A stretch of 64,000 nt of DNA from contig CM075977.1 in assembly GCA_038087875.1 (NCBI GenBank), positions 283,712,001 to 283,776,000 on the forward strand. The letters are read 5' to 3'. The notes under the pieces were generated by a model that was given only the letters and a program-made list of their open reading frames with translations, made no database searches and had not been told where the DNA came from. The number at the start of each line of letters is the position of its first letter. Positions within the stretch are counted from its first letter, which is position 1. The position numbers and the translations under genes were made by a program. The DNA is from Malacoraja senta (Eukaryota). This document shows positions 26,526-38,042 of the stretch, one piece after another.

Positions 26526-27395
26526 AACAAATTGACCTGGCCTTGTACTCTTCTCAGTTCCTTCCTGTGAATTGAGGAGTAGGGAGAGAGTGGGACCTTT
26601 CAATCTCCAGTTCATGGTTGACAAATAAATCACAGCGGATGCGAGAGAAAATGTGAATGAAATCATTTTATTTTCAACTGGTGGCTGAACATTTTGGTAA
26701 GGTCTTTAGGAAGGGCATGCAGTGACACCACAGCTGCTAATTGAACACAATGTCCAGTAACAAGTCTCACCTTTGTTGATAGGGAGGGTCTACATGCACC
26801 TAGAGTGAAGCAAGACAGAATCCTTCACGTTACAAACTCACCAAGTTACACACACACACACACAAAAAGCTCTGAAACTCTAGAAGGTTTTCCTACGTTT
26901 CAACGGGACCAACAAAATGGTTCAAACGTTCTATGGCAAAGGGCATGTAAAGCAGTGGGAAATTGAACACGTATTTCATTCAGGCCACACCAAAGGGTCG
27001 AGCTGGAGTATAACCTGAACTCTTAACTGTACATTTTACATGTTTCTGTGTAGACAAGATGAAAACCAGAACACGGAACATTAACATCACTGGAAGACAA
27101 GAAGAACTTGGACAAATTGACACATGCTATATTGTTAATAGATATTATTGCAGTCTCATAGAGAGAGGCCTGGCAGTCTTTATTTGCATTTAAACTCTTC
27201 ACTGTTTGATGTTTGTGACACTTCAGGCAGTTTATTGTCTTTTTCTATTAGCTTATAACCTGTTTGAAGAAAATTACTGCAGAGGTAAATCACCGGCTAC
27301 AGACAATAAAGTCATTGGATCCATCCAGTTATTTATTCCACCTGGGACCAGATGTGATCTGCAGATTAACGCTGAGCTGTGGACCAGTATCTGCT

Positions 27396-28560
27396 GGGTG
27401 TGGGTGTGTGTGGGTATGGAGTGGGTGTGTGGGTGCGTGTGTGTGGGTGTAGGTGTGGGTGTGTGTGTGGGTGTAGGTGTGGGTGTGTGTGTGGGTGCAG
27501 GTTTGGGTGTGTGGGTGCAGGTGTGGGTGTGTGTGTGGGTGTAGGTGTGGGTGTGTGTGTGTGGGTGCAGGTTTGGGTGTGTGTGCAGGTGTGTGTGTGT
27601 GCAGGTGTGGTGTGTGTGCAGGTGTGGGTGTGTGTGCAGGTGTGTGTGTGTGTGGGTGTGAGTGTGGGTGCAGGTGTGTGTGGGTGCAGGTGTGGGTGTG
27701 TGTGCAGGTGTGTGTGTGTGTGGGTGTGAGTGTGGGTGCAGGTGTGTGTGGGTGCAGGTGTGGGTGTGTGTGCAGGTGTGTGTGTGTGTGTGCAGGTGTG
27801 GGTGTGTGGGGTGGGTGGGTGTGAGTGTGGGTGCAGGTGTGTGTNNNNNNNNNNNNNNNNNNNNNNNNNNNNNNNNNNNNNNNNNNNNNNNNNNNNNNNN
27901 NNNNNNNNNNNNNNNNNNNNNNNNNNNNNNNNNNNNNNNNNNNNNNNNNNNNNNNNNNNNNNNNNNNNNNNNNNNNNNNNNNNNNNNNNNNNNNNNNNNN
28001 NNNNNNNNNNNNNNNNNNNNNNNNNNNNNNNNNNNNNNNNNNNNNNNNNNNNNNNNNNNNNNNNNNNNNNNNNNNNNNNNNNNNNNNNNNNNNNNNNNNN
28101 NNNNNNNNNNNNNNNNNNNNNNNNNNNNNNNNNNNNNNNNNNNNNNNNNNNNNNNNNNNNNNNNNNNGGTGTGGGTGTGTGTGCAGGTGTGTGGGTGTGT
28201 GTGCAGGTGTGTGTGTGTGTGTGGGTGCAGGTGTGTGTGTGCAGGTGTGGGTGTGTNNNNNNNNNNNNNNNNNNNNNNNNNNNNNNNNNNNNNNNNNNNN
28301 NNNNNNNNNNNNNNNNNNNNNNNNNNNNNNNNNNNNNNNNNNNNNNNNNNNNNNNNNNNNNNNNNNNNNNNNNNNNNNNNNNNNNNNNNNNNNNNNNNNN
28401 NNNNNNNNNNNNNNNNNNNNNNNNNNNNNNNNNNNNNNNNNNNNNNNNNNNNNNNNNNNNNNNNNNNNNNNNNNNNNNNNNNNNNNNNNNNNNNNNNNNN
28501 NNNNNNNNNNNNNNNNNNNNNNNNNNNNNNNNNNNNNNNNNNNNNNNNNNNNNNNNNNNN
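27396..28560. repeat. GT-rich (gtgtgcag/gtgg) simple repeat containing assembly gaps (N at 27845-28167 and 28257-28560)
   Basis: Direct observation. Confidence 0.95.
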
Positions 28561-29675
28561 TGCCGGTGGGACATTTGTTGCCCACTGCAACATTATTGCT
28601 TTGGTTTCTGCCTCAGTCACACAATATTCACTCAGCAAATGCCTGTCCTTTGGGACTGTGGTAAACACGGTGGCTGTTTGTTGAAACAGCATCATTTCTG
28701 TCTTTTTGACAAGATATTTCAGACTGCCAAGCCTACATTATGGCTTTGTCTGTTGAAACGTGGAGTTTACCAATCACAGTCGGATGAAAGGTGCTTCTCA
28801 TTGCGGGCTGTAGCTCCCACCTCTGGAAAGGCCATGGTGAACAAGCCCCATATAGACAGTGAACCATGACTGAAGCAAACCCCTGGGAGAAGCTGCATCC
28901 TCACCACCATCAGCTCAGTAACACCACCAGCCAGCAGGACATCCTCGGCTTCAGTCCAAATAAGTCACAACCTCAAGAATCACATCCAACTCTTAGATTT
29001 CAATGAATCATTTCATTGAAAAAGAGAGAGGGAAAATAAAATGTGGGAGGAGATGGGAGGTGGTTTGGGGAGGAGAGGGGGTGGGGAGAGAGGATGAGGG
29101 GGAGGGGCAGAGGGTGGGGACCCACACAGCTGGGATGGATCAGTGTGGGATCGGAGGGTGAGGGTCGGATGGAGGGGGAAGGGTGGGTAGGGGAGGGGGT
29201 GGGGGGAAGAGGTGAGGGGGGAGGTGGGTATGCATGCCACTGGGGGGGGTCTGGTGTGAACGGGGGGAGGGGGAGGTGGTCCAAGTGTGCTGGCGAGGGT
29301 CTCCTGGCCGGCACGGACCCAGTGCTGGGTGACTAGGTGTCGCTGGTGGGAACATTGCAGCCGCAGCTGTGACCGGGGATACACAATACCCCCAGGAGAG
29401 ATGGCTTCAGCGAGTGAGAAGCCACTTTGCATCGCCGGATTGAGTCTCCACTCTACCTGCAGGTTCACAGTGATGATTGCATGGGAGGCCATGTCCAGCA
29501 ATATGATCTACTCTTCATCTCGATTCTAAATGGCTTACGTTTGTATATAGTCACTATTTACAATTCTGACCACTTTTAATCCATGTTATGGCAACACCAG
29601 GTACCTCTCCTGTGGCAAATAATACCAACAACACTGCACACAGAACTGACCAGAAAACACAACCCTCACCAGCAA

Positions 29676-30185
29676 TGTGTGACTGTCTCTGTCTCACACA
29701 GTGTGTGTCTGTGTGTGTGACTGTGTGTGTCTCTGTCTTACAGTGTGTGTCTGTCTCACACTGTGTGTGTCTCTGTCTCACACTATGTGTGTGTGACTGT
29801 GTGTGTCTGTCTTAAACTGTGTGTCTGTCTTACACTGTGTGTCTGTGTGTGTGTCTGTCTCACATTGTGTGTGTGTGACTGTGTGTGTCTCTGTCTCACA
29901 CTGTGTGTCTGTCTACACTGTGTGTCTGTGTGTGTGTCTGTCTCACACTGTGTGTCTGTCCCACACTGTGTGTGTCTGTGTGTGTGTGTCTCTGTCTCAC
30001 ACTGTGAGTGTCTATGTGTGTGACTGTGTGTCTCTGTCCCACACTGTGTGTGTCTGTGTGTGTGTGTCTCTGTCTCACACTGTGAGTGTCTATGTGTGTG
30101 ACTGTGTGTCTCTGTCCCACACTGTGTGTGTGTGACTGTGTGTGTGTCTCTGTCTCACACTGTGTGTCACACTGATTGTGTGTGT
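29676..30185. repeat. (tg)/(tc)/(ca) compound simple repeat
   Basis: Direct observation; a related array lies at 30480-30670. Confidence 0.9.
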
Positions 30186-31045
30186 TCCTTGCTCCGGCCG
30201 TTACTGTGAATGACACACCAGGTACTCTGCCCCCACCAGCTTGGTCGAGGTGCAGGGGCCTGGGCAGTGACAGCCATTCCCCAGTGCTGTCTCCCACTAG
30301 AGACCCAGCAATAGTAATCACACTTGACTGGGGTCACTGACAGCACATTCACCAGCTGTGTGTGTGCACCGGTCCCTGTCTGTAGTCTTCAATTTGCATT
30401 ATATCATAACAGAAATAACTTTAAAATATGATTCAAAAACTGCAGATTTCTGCAAACTTGCAGAGCTGAGGATTTCAATGCGTGTATCACATTGTCCGTG
30501 TGTACTGTGTGCCTGTATCACATAGTCCGTGTGTGCTGGTGTGCCTGTATCACACAGTCCGTGTGTGCCTGTATCACACTGTCAGTGCGTGTGTGCTGGT
30601 GTGCCTTTATCACACAGTCCGTGTGTCCGTGTGCCTGTGTCACACTGTCAGTCCGTGTGCCTGTATCACAGGGAGGGTTGACTGGCCATGTTGGCAAGGA
30701 CCAGGACTGTCAACTGAGGGTGTTTTCCACAACAATGAACAGAAAGTGGTCCGCTCCCCAGAGCCCTCGAGGTTGGGCCAGGCGGGGAGGGAGAAAACTA
30801 TATGTTTCTTCATTTCTCTATTTAGTTACTAGATTTGAATTGACTATAAACATGGCTTATCAGTTAGTTAATGTGCTGAGTGCTACACAGACGTGGGTGT
30901 TCAGTGCTATGACGCTTCCATGCCACTACACAGATGCCATGGAGCTTGAATGGTGGAAGTGCCCATTAGAAAATGAGGATGGCTTACACGTAGCAACAAA
31001 GTGACCAGAGTGACCGACCCTGCGTCCGCTGGGCCGGTGGAGGCT

Positions 31046-31240
31046 CTACTTCTTGAACATGTCCTGCAGGGGGGCGGGGAGGTACTTTAGCACAGTGTCC
31101 AGGATGCTTTCCTCCTCCTCCTCCTCATCCCGCAGCCCGTGGGCACGGCCTTCTTGGGCCGGGTCAAGCTACCCTCTGCCTGCGCCTCCATCGCCGCCAT
31201 GGCCTCCGCCTCCCTTCTCCTCCTTCTTCTTTATTCCATA
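31046..31240 (-). CDS. CPLX1: Complexin-1, last coding exon (YGIKKKEE[K/R][55 protein letters not shown]), with a +1 and a -1 indel as assembled
   Basis: Acceptor cttccctctgtccacag and TAG at 31048-31046. The conserved sequence is recovered only by removing one base at ~31212-31216 and adding one at ~31129-31131. There is no CAAX box, so it is not CPLX3/4. Confidence 0.9.
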
Positions 31241-31706
31241 CTGTGGACAGAGGGAAGATTCAGCATCAGACAGAAACACAGCTGCAGCAAGCACGGGAAA
31301 CGCTGCCATCAAACTTCATAAGCCCATCAGTGATAGGAGCACAATTAGGCCATCCGGCCCATCTGGTCTCCGCCATTCAATCATGGCTGATCTATCTCTC
31401 CCTCCTAACCCCATTCTCCTGCCTTCTCCCCATAACCCCTGAGACCTGTACTAATCAAGAATCTATCCATCTCTGCCTTAAATATATCCGTTAACTGCTG
31501 GAGTAACGCAGCGGGTCAGGCAGCATCTGTGGAGAACATGGATAGGTGATGTTTCAGGTCGGTACCCTTGTTCAAAACTCATCTCCAAATACCCTGATTC
31601 CATCCTATCCTCCCTGTCCAGTATCTTCCAACCTACACCCCAGACACTTCACACACCCTTCAACTCTTTAGTCTAATGAACGGTTACGGCTTGAATATCA
31701 CCTATC

Positions 31707-31907
31707 CATGTTCTCCAGAGATGCTGCCTGACCCGCTGAGTTACTCCAGCACTCTGTGTCCATGTTCTCCAGAGATGCTGCCTGACCCGCTGAGTTACTC
31801 CAGCACTCTGTGTCCATGTTCTCCAGAGATGCTGCCTGACCCGCTGAGTTACTCCAGCACTCTGTGTCCATGTTCTCCAGAGATGCTGCCTGACCCGCTG
31901 AGTTACT
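31707..31907 (+). repeat. 54-bp tandem repeat, ~3.7 copies
   Basis: Same unit as at 26370 and 47288; the PCSPEMLPDPLSYSSTLC period is visible in the ORF track. Confidence 0.9.
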
Positions 31908-32240
31908 TTTTTTTTTTTAATTATTATTTATTTTATTAGAAGTACAATTGTATACAATCATATTTTCATAATACATTTTATGTACAGCTTCTTATTTTTT
32001 TAATTTTGTAATAAAGAAGAAAAAGAAAAAGAAATTAGATAATGAAGAATAGAAAAATGTGAGATATATAGTGTGTGAAAAAGAAAAATAGAGAGTGAAG
32101 GAAGAAAGATAAGAAATAGAAAATAGAAGAAAAAGAGTAAAAGAAGAAAAGAGAAGAAAAAGAAAAGAGAAGTAAGGAGATCGTATTCACTCTGTCTTTT
32201 TTAAGGGTGCAGAGAAGATTTACGAGGACGTTGCCAGGAC

Positions 32241-32241
<1 letters not shown>

Positions 32242-32272
<31 letters not shown>

Positions 32273-33088
32273 CATTTATTGTCACCTACACCAATTGGTG
32301 TAGTGAAATTTGACTTGCCATGCAGCACACAAATAAAGATAACATCAAAGAATTTAACAACATAAAAACATCCCCCCCACAATGGTTCCCACTGTGGGGG
32401 AAGGCAGCAAAGTCCAGTCCCATCCCAGTTCACCCATAGTCGGGGCCTATTGAGGCCTCTGCAGTCGCCGCTACGGCAGCCCGATGCCTCAGGCCCTCTC
32501 GCCGGATGATGAAGCTCCGGCGTCGGGTGAACACTCTCAGCGGCCCGGAGTGTCTGGAGCGGCCGCCTCCTCCCAGTAGACCGCGGCTCCCGAAGTCCAC
32601 GAGCCGCGCTGGTCGGAGCTCCGACTCTGGCGACCTCGTCGTGAGATCCCAGGCTCCGCGGTGTTCCAAGCTCAGCGCCGCTGGAAGCTCCGCAGACCGC
32701 AGACCGCAGCTTCGCGATGTTGGTGCCGGCTGTCACAGCACTCCGGAGCTTACTGCACGGCGACCCGGGTTAGGCATCGCCCGCTCCGCGATGGTGCTTC
32801 AGCGCTGTGCCGCCGCCGAAGCTGAAGTCCTGGCCGGTCCCGGCAGGAAAACGCCGCTCCAGTCTGCCCGTAGGCCGCGAGGAAGGGGCGAAGATCCGGC
32901 TCGGAGAAAAGCCGCAACTCCGACCAGGTAGGTACTGAGAAAATAGTTTCCCCCTAACTCCACCCCCACCCCCCACATAAAAAGACTAAAGACCTCCAAA
33001 ACAAACACTTTCAACTAACTAAAAATAAAAAAAGGGTGAAAAAAACTAACAGCTGCTGGCAGGGCAGCCATACTCGACGGCGCCCACA
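32242..33088 (-). mobile_element. CpG-rich non-autonomous retroelement with a (TCTA)n 3' tail
   Basis: (taga)n at 32242-32272 next to a minus-strand AATAAA, 3' stem-loops, and a CpG-rich body with no recognisable ORF. Confidence 0.55.
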
Positions 33089-33104
33089 GATGATCAGTAA
33101 TATA

Positions 33105-33538
33105 TCATCTGCCTCCACCACCATCCCAGGCATCTCGTTCCAGGCACACACCACCCTCGGTGTGAAAATGTTACCCCTCAGATTCCACTTAAATCTTTCC
33201 CTCCTCACCTTAAACCTATGTCCTCTGGTCCTCGATTACTCCACTCTGGGAAAAAGACTGTGCATCTACCCGATCTGTTCAGTTCATGATTTTGTACACT
33301 ATAAGATCTCTTCTCGTCCTCCTGCGCTCCATGGAATAGAGTCTCAGCCTTCTCAACCTCTCCCTATAGCTCACACCCTCTAGTCCTGGCAACATCCTCG
33401 TAAATCTTCTCTGAACCCTTTCAAGCTTGACAATATCTTTCCTATAACATGGTAACCAGAACTGAACAAAATATTCTAAATGCGGTCTCACCAACGTCTT
33501 ATACAACTGCAACATGACCTCCCAACTTCTATACTCAA
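33105..33538 (-). mobile_element. CR1 LINE fragment
   Basis: MLQLYKTLVRPHLEYFVQFW motif. Confidence 0.85.
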
Positions 33539-33612
33539 ATTGAGCTTCACTTTAAAATTTGGAGAAGGGGTTTTGCCTGAGCTACACAGGAGGTCCGCTG
33601 TAGGAGTTGTAC

Positions 33613-33788
33613 CTTGTCACGTATTCCTTGCCGCATCACCTCACGCTCCGCTTCCATCTTGGCGTATTTCCCTGCACGCTCTTCTTCTTCCTGCCGCAGA
33701 GCTTCTAATCTTTCCTCTTCTTTCTTCTCTGCATCAGGGTCCTTCTCTTCGTCGCCTCCCAACATCTTCCCCATGTCCTTGGTAGCTC
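33613..33788 (-). CDS. CPLX1: Complexin-1, second coding exon ([59 protein letters not shown], 176 nt)
   Basis: Acceptor tctttcttgtcattgtag and donor AAG|gtacaa. Encodes the accessory helix and the SNARE-binding central helix; 31+176 nt = 69 codons. Confidence 0.95.
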
Positions 33789-35354
33789 CTACAATGACAA
33801 GAAAGACGGAGTTAGGTCATTATCACCAGGTACAGGCTCCCCCCCAGGAAATCTAACCCAAACATTCGCAGATGAAGATTGCTTCATGTGAACGTGGCAT
33901 CATTTAAAAGCAAATCATATTTTCCCGACCAGAAACATCTGCTGTCCATGTTCTCCAGAGATGCTGCTTGACCCGCTGATTTACTCCAGAACTCTGTGAC
34001 TTGTTGTCTTGCTGTTACCCCTTTACTCTGGGCAGCTGTATCCCTCATTGTGATGTGTGGACAATCGGGGGATTCCCACAGCACGGATTCTGCAGCTCGA
34101 CCAACCTGTTGATTTCTCTCTGCACCAAAGTCTTGGTCCTCGGCAGGGATTAACCTAGTGAAGACCTTTTCCTCATCTCCATTCAGGCATGCGGAATGGC
34201 CGGGAGATGTCCCCTGTGTTCATGGTTCATCGTCCGTGGCTGTATCCACTGACACCAGTTACATCTCCCTAGGCCACGGTTCACCGTGACTGCATAAGTG
34301 ATAGGAGCAGAATTAGGCCATTCTGCCCATCGAGTCTACTTCACAATTCAATCATGGCTGATCTATCTCTCCCTCCTAACCCCATTCTCCTGCCTTCTCC
34401 CCATAACCCCCAACACCCGTACTAATCAAGAATCTGTTTATCTCTACTTTTAAAATATCCGCTGACTTGGCCAAAATAATTCCGCAGATTCACCATCCTC
34501 TGATTAAAGAAATTCCTCCTCATCTCATTTGTAAAGGAAGTCCTTTAATTCTGAGGCTGTGCCAGACCCCAGTTATAACTCCCAGCTTGAACTTGAGCTG
34601 CAAGCTGCTGACTCTACAGTCCATAATTTATCACCCAGGAAGCAGCTCGGACAACATTCCCGTGAATGTTCATTGGAATTATTGTCTACTCACTCAATTG
34701 AAAGTATTGATCTGGGCAATTGAGAGTATTGATCAGTCCATAATTTGTCAGTTTTGGAGCAAGCTGAAATAAAATTCACGTGTATATATATATATATCAG
34801 AATTATTGGCTGCTCACAAAATTCAAAGTATTGATCTAGATGCGTTGTTTAAGGCAAGCACATCACTGAGGCCTTAGGACTTCCCAGAGCACAGAGGCTA
34901 GTGAAGGGGGCAGCACCACCATGCCAATACTGCCCTGCATTGTGCAACTATGCAGTCAGCGCTGCAGTCAGGGGCTACAATGGGCCAGTGGTGCAGGGAT
35001 ACACGAGGGAATGGATAAAAGAGAGGACGAACCACTGACTGTGCAACCTTTCCTCACACGTGGGTCAGTCAAGACAAACTAGCAAGGAGGAAGCATTCTC
35101 ATAGTGAATGTGAAGCTCAGAGATGCAAGCTGGCCACTACAGACTGGGAACTGTACAGAATGAGCCTCACTGCACAGGCCAGGAAAAGTATTTAAAGAAT
35201 GCAGACATGAATTACTACAAATATCCTTTCCTGAAAATCAAATATTAACAGCTGCTGGAAATCCGGAACATGCAGAAACACTCAGCAGGTCAGGCAGCAT
35301 CTGTGGCAAGAGAATCGAGTTGACACATCAGGCCAAAGACTCTTGTTCACAAGT

Positions 35355-35633
35355 GCCTTACAGCGCCAGAGACATGGGTTCGATCCCGACTACGGGTGCT
35401 GTCTGTCGGGAGTTTGTTCGTTCTCCCCGTGACCGCATGGATATTCTCTGGGTGCTTCAGTTTCCTCCCACACTCCAAAGATGTACAGGTTTGTAGGTTA
35501 ATCGGCTTGGTATCAATGTAAAATTGTCCCTAGTGTGTGTAGGATGGCGTTAGTGTGCGGGGATCGCTGCTCGGTGCGGAATCAGTGGGTGGAAGGGCCT
35601 GTTTCCGCGCTGTATCTCTAAACTAGACTAAAC
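35355..35633 (+). mobile_element. tRNA-derived SINE
   Basis: B-box ggttcgatccc and (ctaaa)n tail. Confidence 0.8.
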
Positions 35634-35878
35634 TGGGCTGCAATATCAGTGATGTGAACAACAAGGTAAAGCCACATTGGTCAGATAATGGTCAAGGAGA
35701 CAAGGACTGGCTCTCTATCCACACCAGGGAAAAGATCAGTGGGATAGGGGAGTGTAAACCTGAATGATTCAAAAGTAGGGTGTTTCATTGTCATATGTAC
35801 TGACAACAAAGCAATCAAATGTGTATGTGCTGCAGGCCCATTAATGCAATATCACCTCCATCTTCTAGCTATCTTCTA

Positions 35879-36837
35879 TCTATACTATTACTAAAACTCT
35901 CATCTTGTCCTCCTCCGGTTTGCGTTGTTTTTAAATTTGCGCAAAAATGGTACCCTATATCGCTAGGATTTTTTCGCCACCTTACTCACTGTTCTCCTCT
36001 GCTCCAAGCACACCAGGTTTTGTTCCGATCGGTGAAATATTACAAACCTTATTGGTCTGTTATTCGCTGGGACGGCGACGCCCCTTCCGGCACCTGCTGT
36101 CAATCACCGGCGCGGAGAATAAAGCTGAAGGAGCGGAGTGAGCAGAGTGCGAGCAGGGTCAGTGTTCTACGAGTGGGGGCTATGCTCTGTGTTCTGCGAG
36201 CGGGGGCTGTGTTCTGTGTTCAGTGTGCGGGGGCGGGGACCACGATGAGCCGGAAGCCGATGTGTGCAGCCGCGTCCTGGAGCCGGTGAGTGCGGTCGGA
36301 GCCGGGGCCGGGATCCACTGAGCCCACACAACCCCCTCCCCCCACCCCACACCACCCACCCACCACCCCCTCCCCACCCCCACCTCCCCCACACTCCCCT
36401 CTACCACACACGCCCCTCCCCTACCCACACTCAACCCCCCCCTACCCCCACAAGCCCCCCTTCCCCCACCATCCCCCCACCCCCACCCACCCCCCTACAC
36501 CCACCCACCCCCCTACCCCCACCATCCACCCCCCTGCCCCCACTATCCCCCCTACCCCCATCACCCCCCACCCCCACCCAGACCCCCACCCCCACCATCC
36601 TCCCCTACCCCCACCTTCCTCTCCTACCCCCACCATCCCCGATACCCCCACCCAACCCCCTCTCCCCCCACACACACGCCCCCTCCCCCCCGATAGGCCC
36701 CGCCTGAAGCCGTCCCCGTCCCCCGGCTACAGAACGCTCCCGCCATTGCATTGGGGGGACAGGTGAGTGGTGGAATATTGCGTTGGGGGAGCAGGCCTCC
36801 CGTGTGACTGGGACCCAACAGGTGCCACTTAGTCAAG
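35879..36837 (+). mobile_element. Non-autonomous Helitron
   Basis: A|TCTATACTATTA 5' end; subterminal hairpin tgggacc/ggtgcca (36809-36827); 3' end CAAG|T, one mismatch from CTAG; no TSD. Confidence 0.65.
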
Positions 36838-36849
36838 TAATATATAATC

Positions 36850-37320
36850 AGAGGGTGCAGAGGTTTACCAGAATGCTGCCTGGATTAGAGGGTTTCAGCT
36901 ACAGGGAGAGGCTGGACAGACTTGGATTGTTTTCTCTGCAATGTTAGAAGTTGAGGGGAGACCTGATAATGATGAGAGGCATAGATAGGGTAGACAGTCA
37001 GGACCTTTTCCCCAGGGTGGAAATGTCTAACACGAGAGAACGTATCTATAAGGTGAGAGGGGGAAAGTTTAATGGAGATGTGTGGGACAGTTTTTTTACA
37101 CAGAGGGTGGTGGGGGCCTGGAACGTGCTGCCAGGGGGTGTGGTGGAGGCAGATACGATAGTGGTGTTTAAGAGGCTTTTAGTTAGGCACATGGATATGC
37201 AGGGCATGGAGGGTTATGGATCATGTGCAGGCAGAGGGGATTAACTTGGCATCATGTTCGGCAGAAACATTGTGGGCCGTAGGGCCTGTTCTTGTACTGT
37301 ACTGTTCTATGTTATGTTCT
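36850..37320 (+). mobile_element. CR1 LINE 3' fragment
   Basis: FFTQRVVGAWNVLP motif and a tgttcta-like tail. Confidence 0.85.
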
Positions 37321-37918
37321 GTAAACATAATAGTATAAAAAACGAAGTCTGTAGTGCAACCACAGACACAGTCCATAGAAGATCACAGTTGTTGAGGTTA
37401 GTGTTGGGCAGTGTTCAAGAGCCTGGTGGTTGCTGAGAAGAAGCTGTTCTTGAACCTGGAGGTCACGGTTTTCAGGCTCCTGTACCTTCTTCCCAATGGT
37501 AGCAGCGAGATGAGAGCGTGGCGCCCTTCAGCCCAACACATCCACGGGCATGTGGGTCTTTGATGATGCTGGCTGCCTTTTTAAGCAGTGACTCCTGTAG
37601 ATCCCTTCGATGGTGGGGAGGTCAGTATGTGTGATGGACCTTTGATGGTGGGGAGGTCAGTACGTGTGATGGACCGGGTACTGTCGACCACTCTCTGTAG
37701 TGTCCTGGGCAATGGAGTTGCTGAACCAGGCCGTGATGTTAAGATAATTGGTGTAAACCAGAAGAGGCCATTGCTGCTGAAGGTTGATTGGAGATATTAT
37801 CACCACCGGAACCCCAAGGTGGCCTGTGCTGACGTTGGAAACACACAAGGTGTGAAAGCCAAGAGTCATTGGAAGGAAAATGCTGCACTGACTATCTAAA
37901 CGTTCACCCTGCCGCTTA

Positions 37919-38042
37919 CAGTGCGGGCACAGACTGGTGTGATGTGGGCACAACATTCCCCCACTGATTACAGTGCGGGCACAGACTGGTGTGATGTGGG
38001 CACAACATTCCCCCACTGATCACAGTGTGGGCACAGACTGGT
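37919..38042. repeat. 52-bp tandem repeat, ~2.4 copies
   Basis: cagtgcgggcacagactggt at 37919, 37971 and 38023. Confidence 0.85.

Larger units (their letters stand above)
26645..31045 (-). other. CPLX1: Putative CPLX1 3'UTR (~4.4 kb), with AATAAA at 26672-26667 (alternative 27184-27179)
   Basis: Minus-strand AATAAA followed by U-rich sequence. The interval lacks LINE/SINE insertions, unlike its flanks, and has clustered miRNA seed matches. Confidence 0.5.

Noticed and set aside
27206-28869. Long ORFs (up to 473 aa) of HT/CV repeats
   Set aside because: They arise from GT microsatellites and N gaps that lack stop codons.
31053-31442. Plus-strand ORFs overlapping the complexin exons (also 33480-33856)
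   Set aside because: Antisense shadows of CPLX1 codons.
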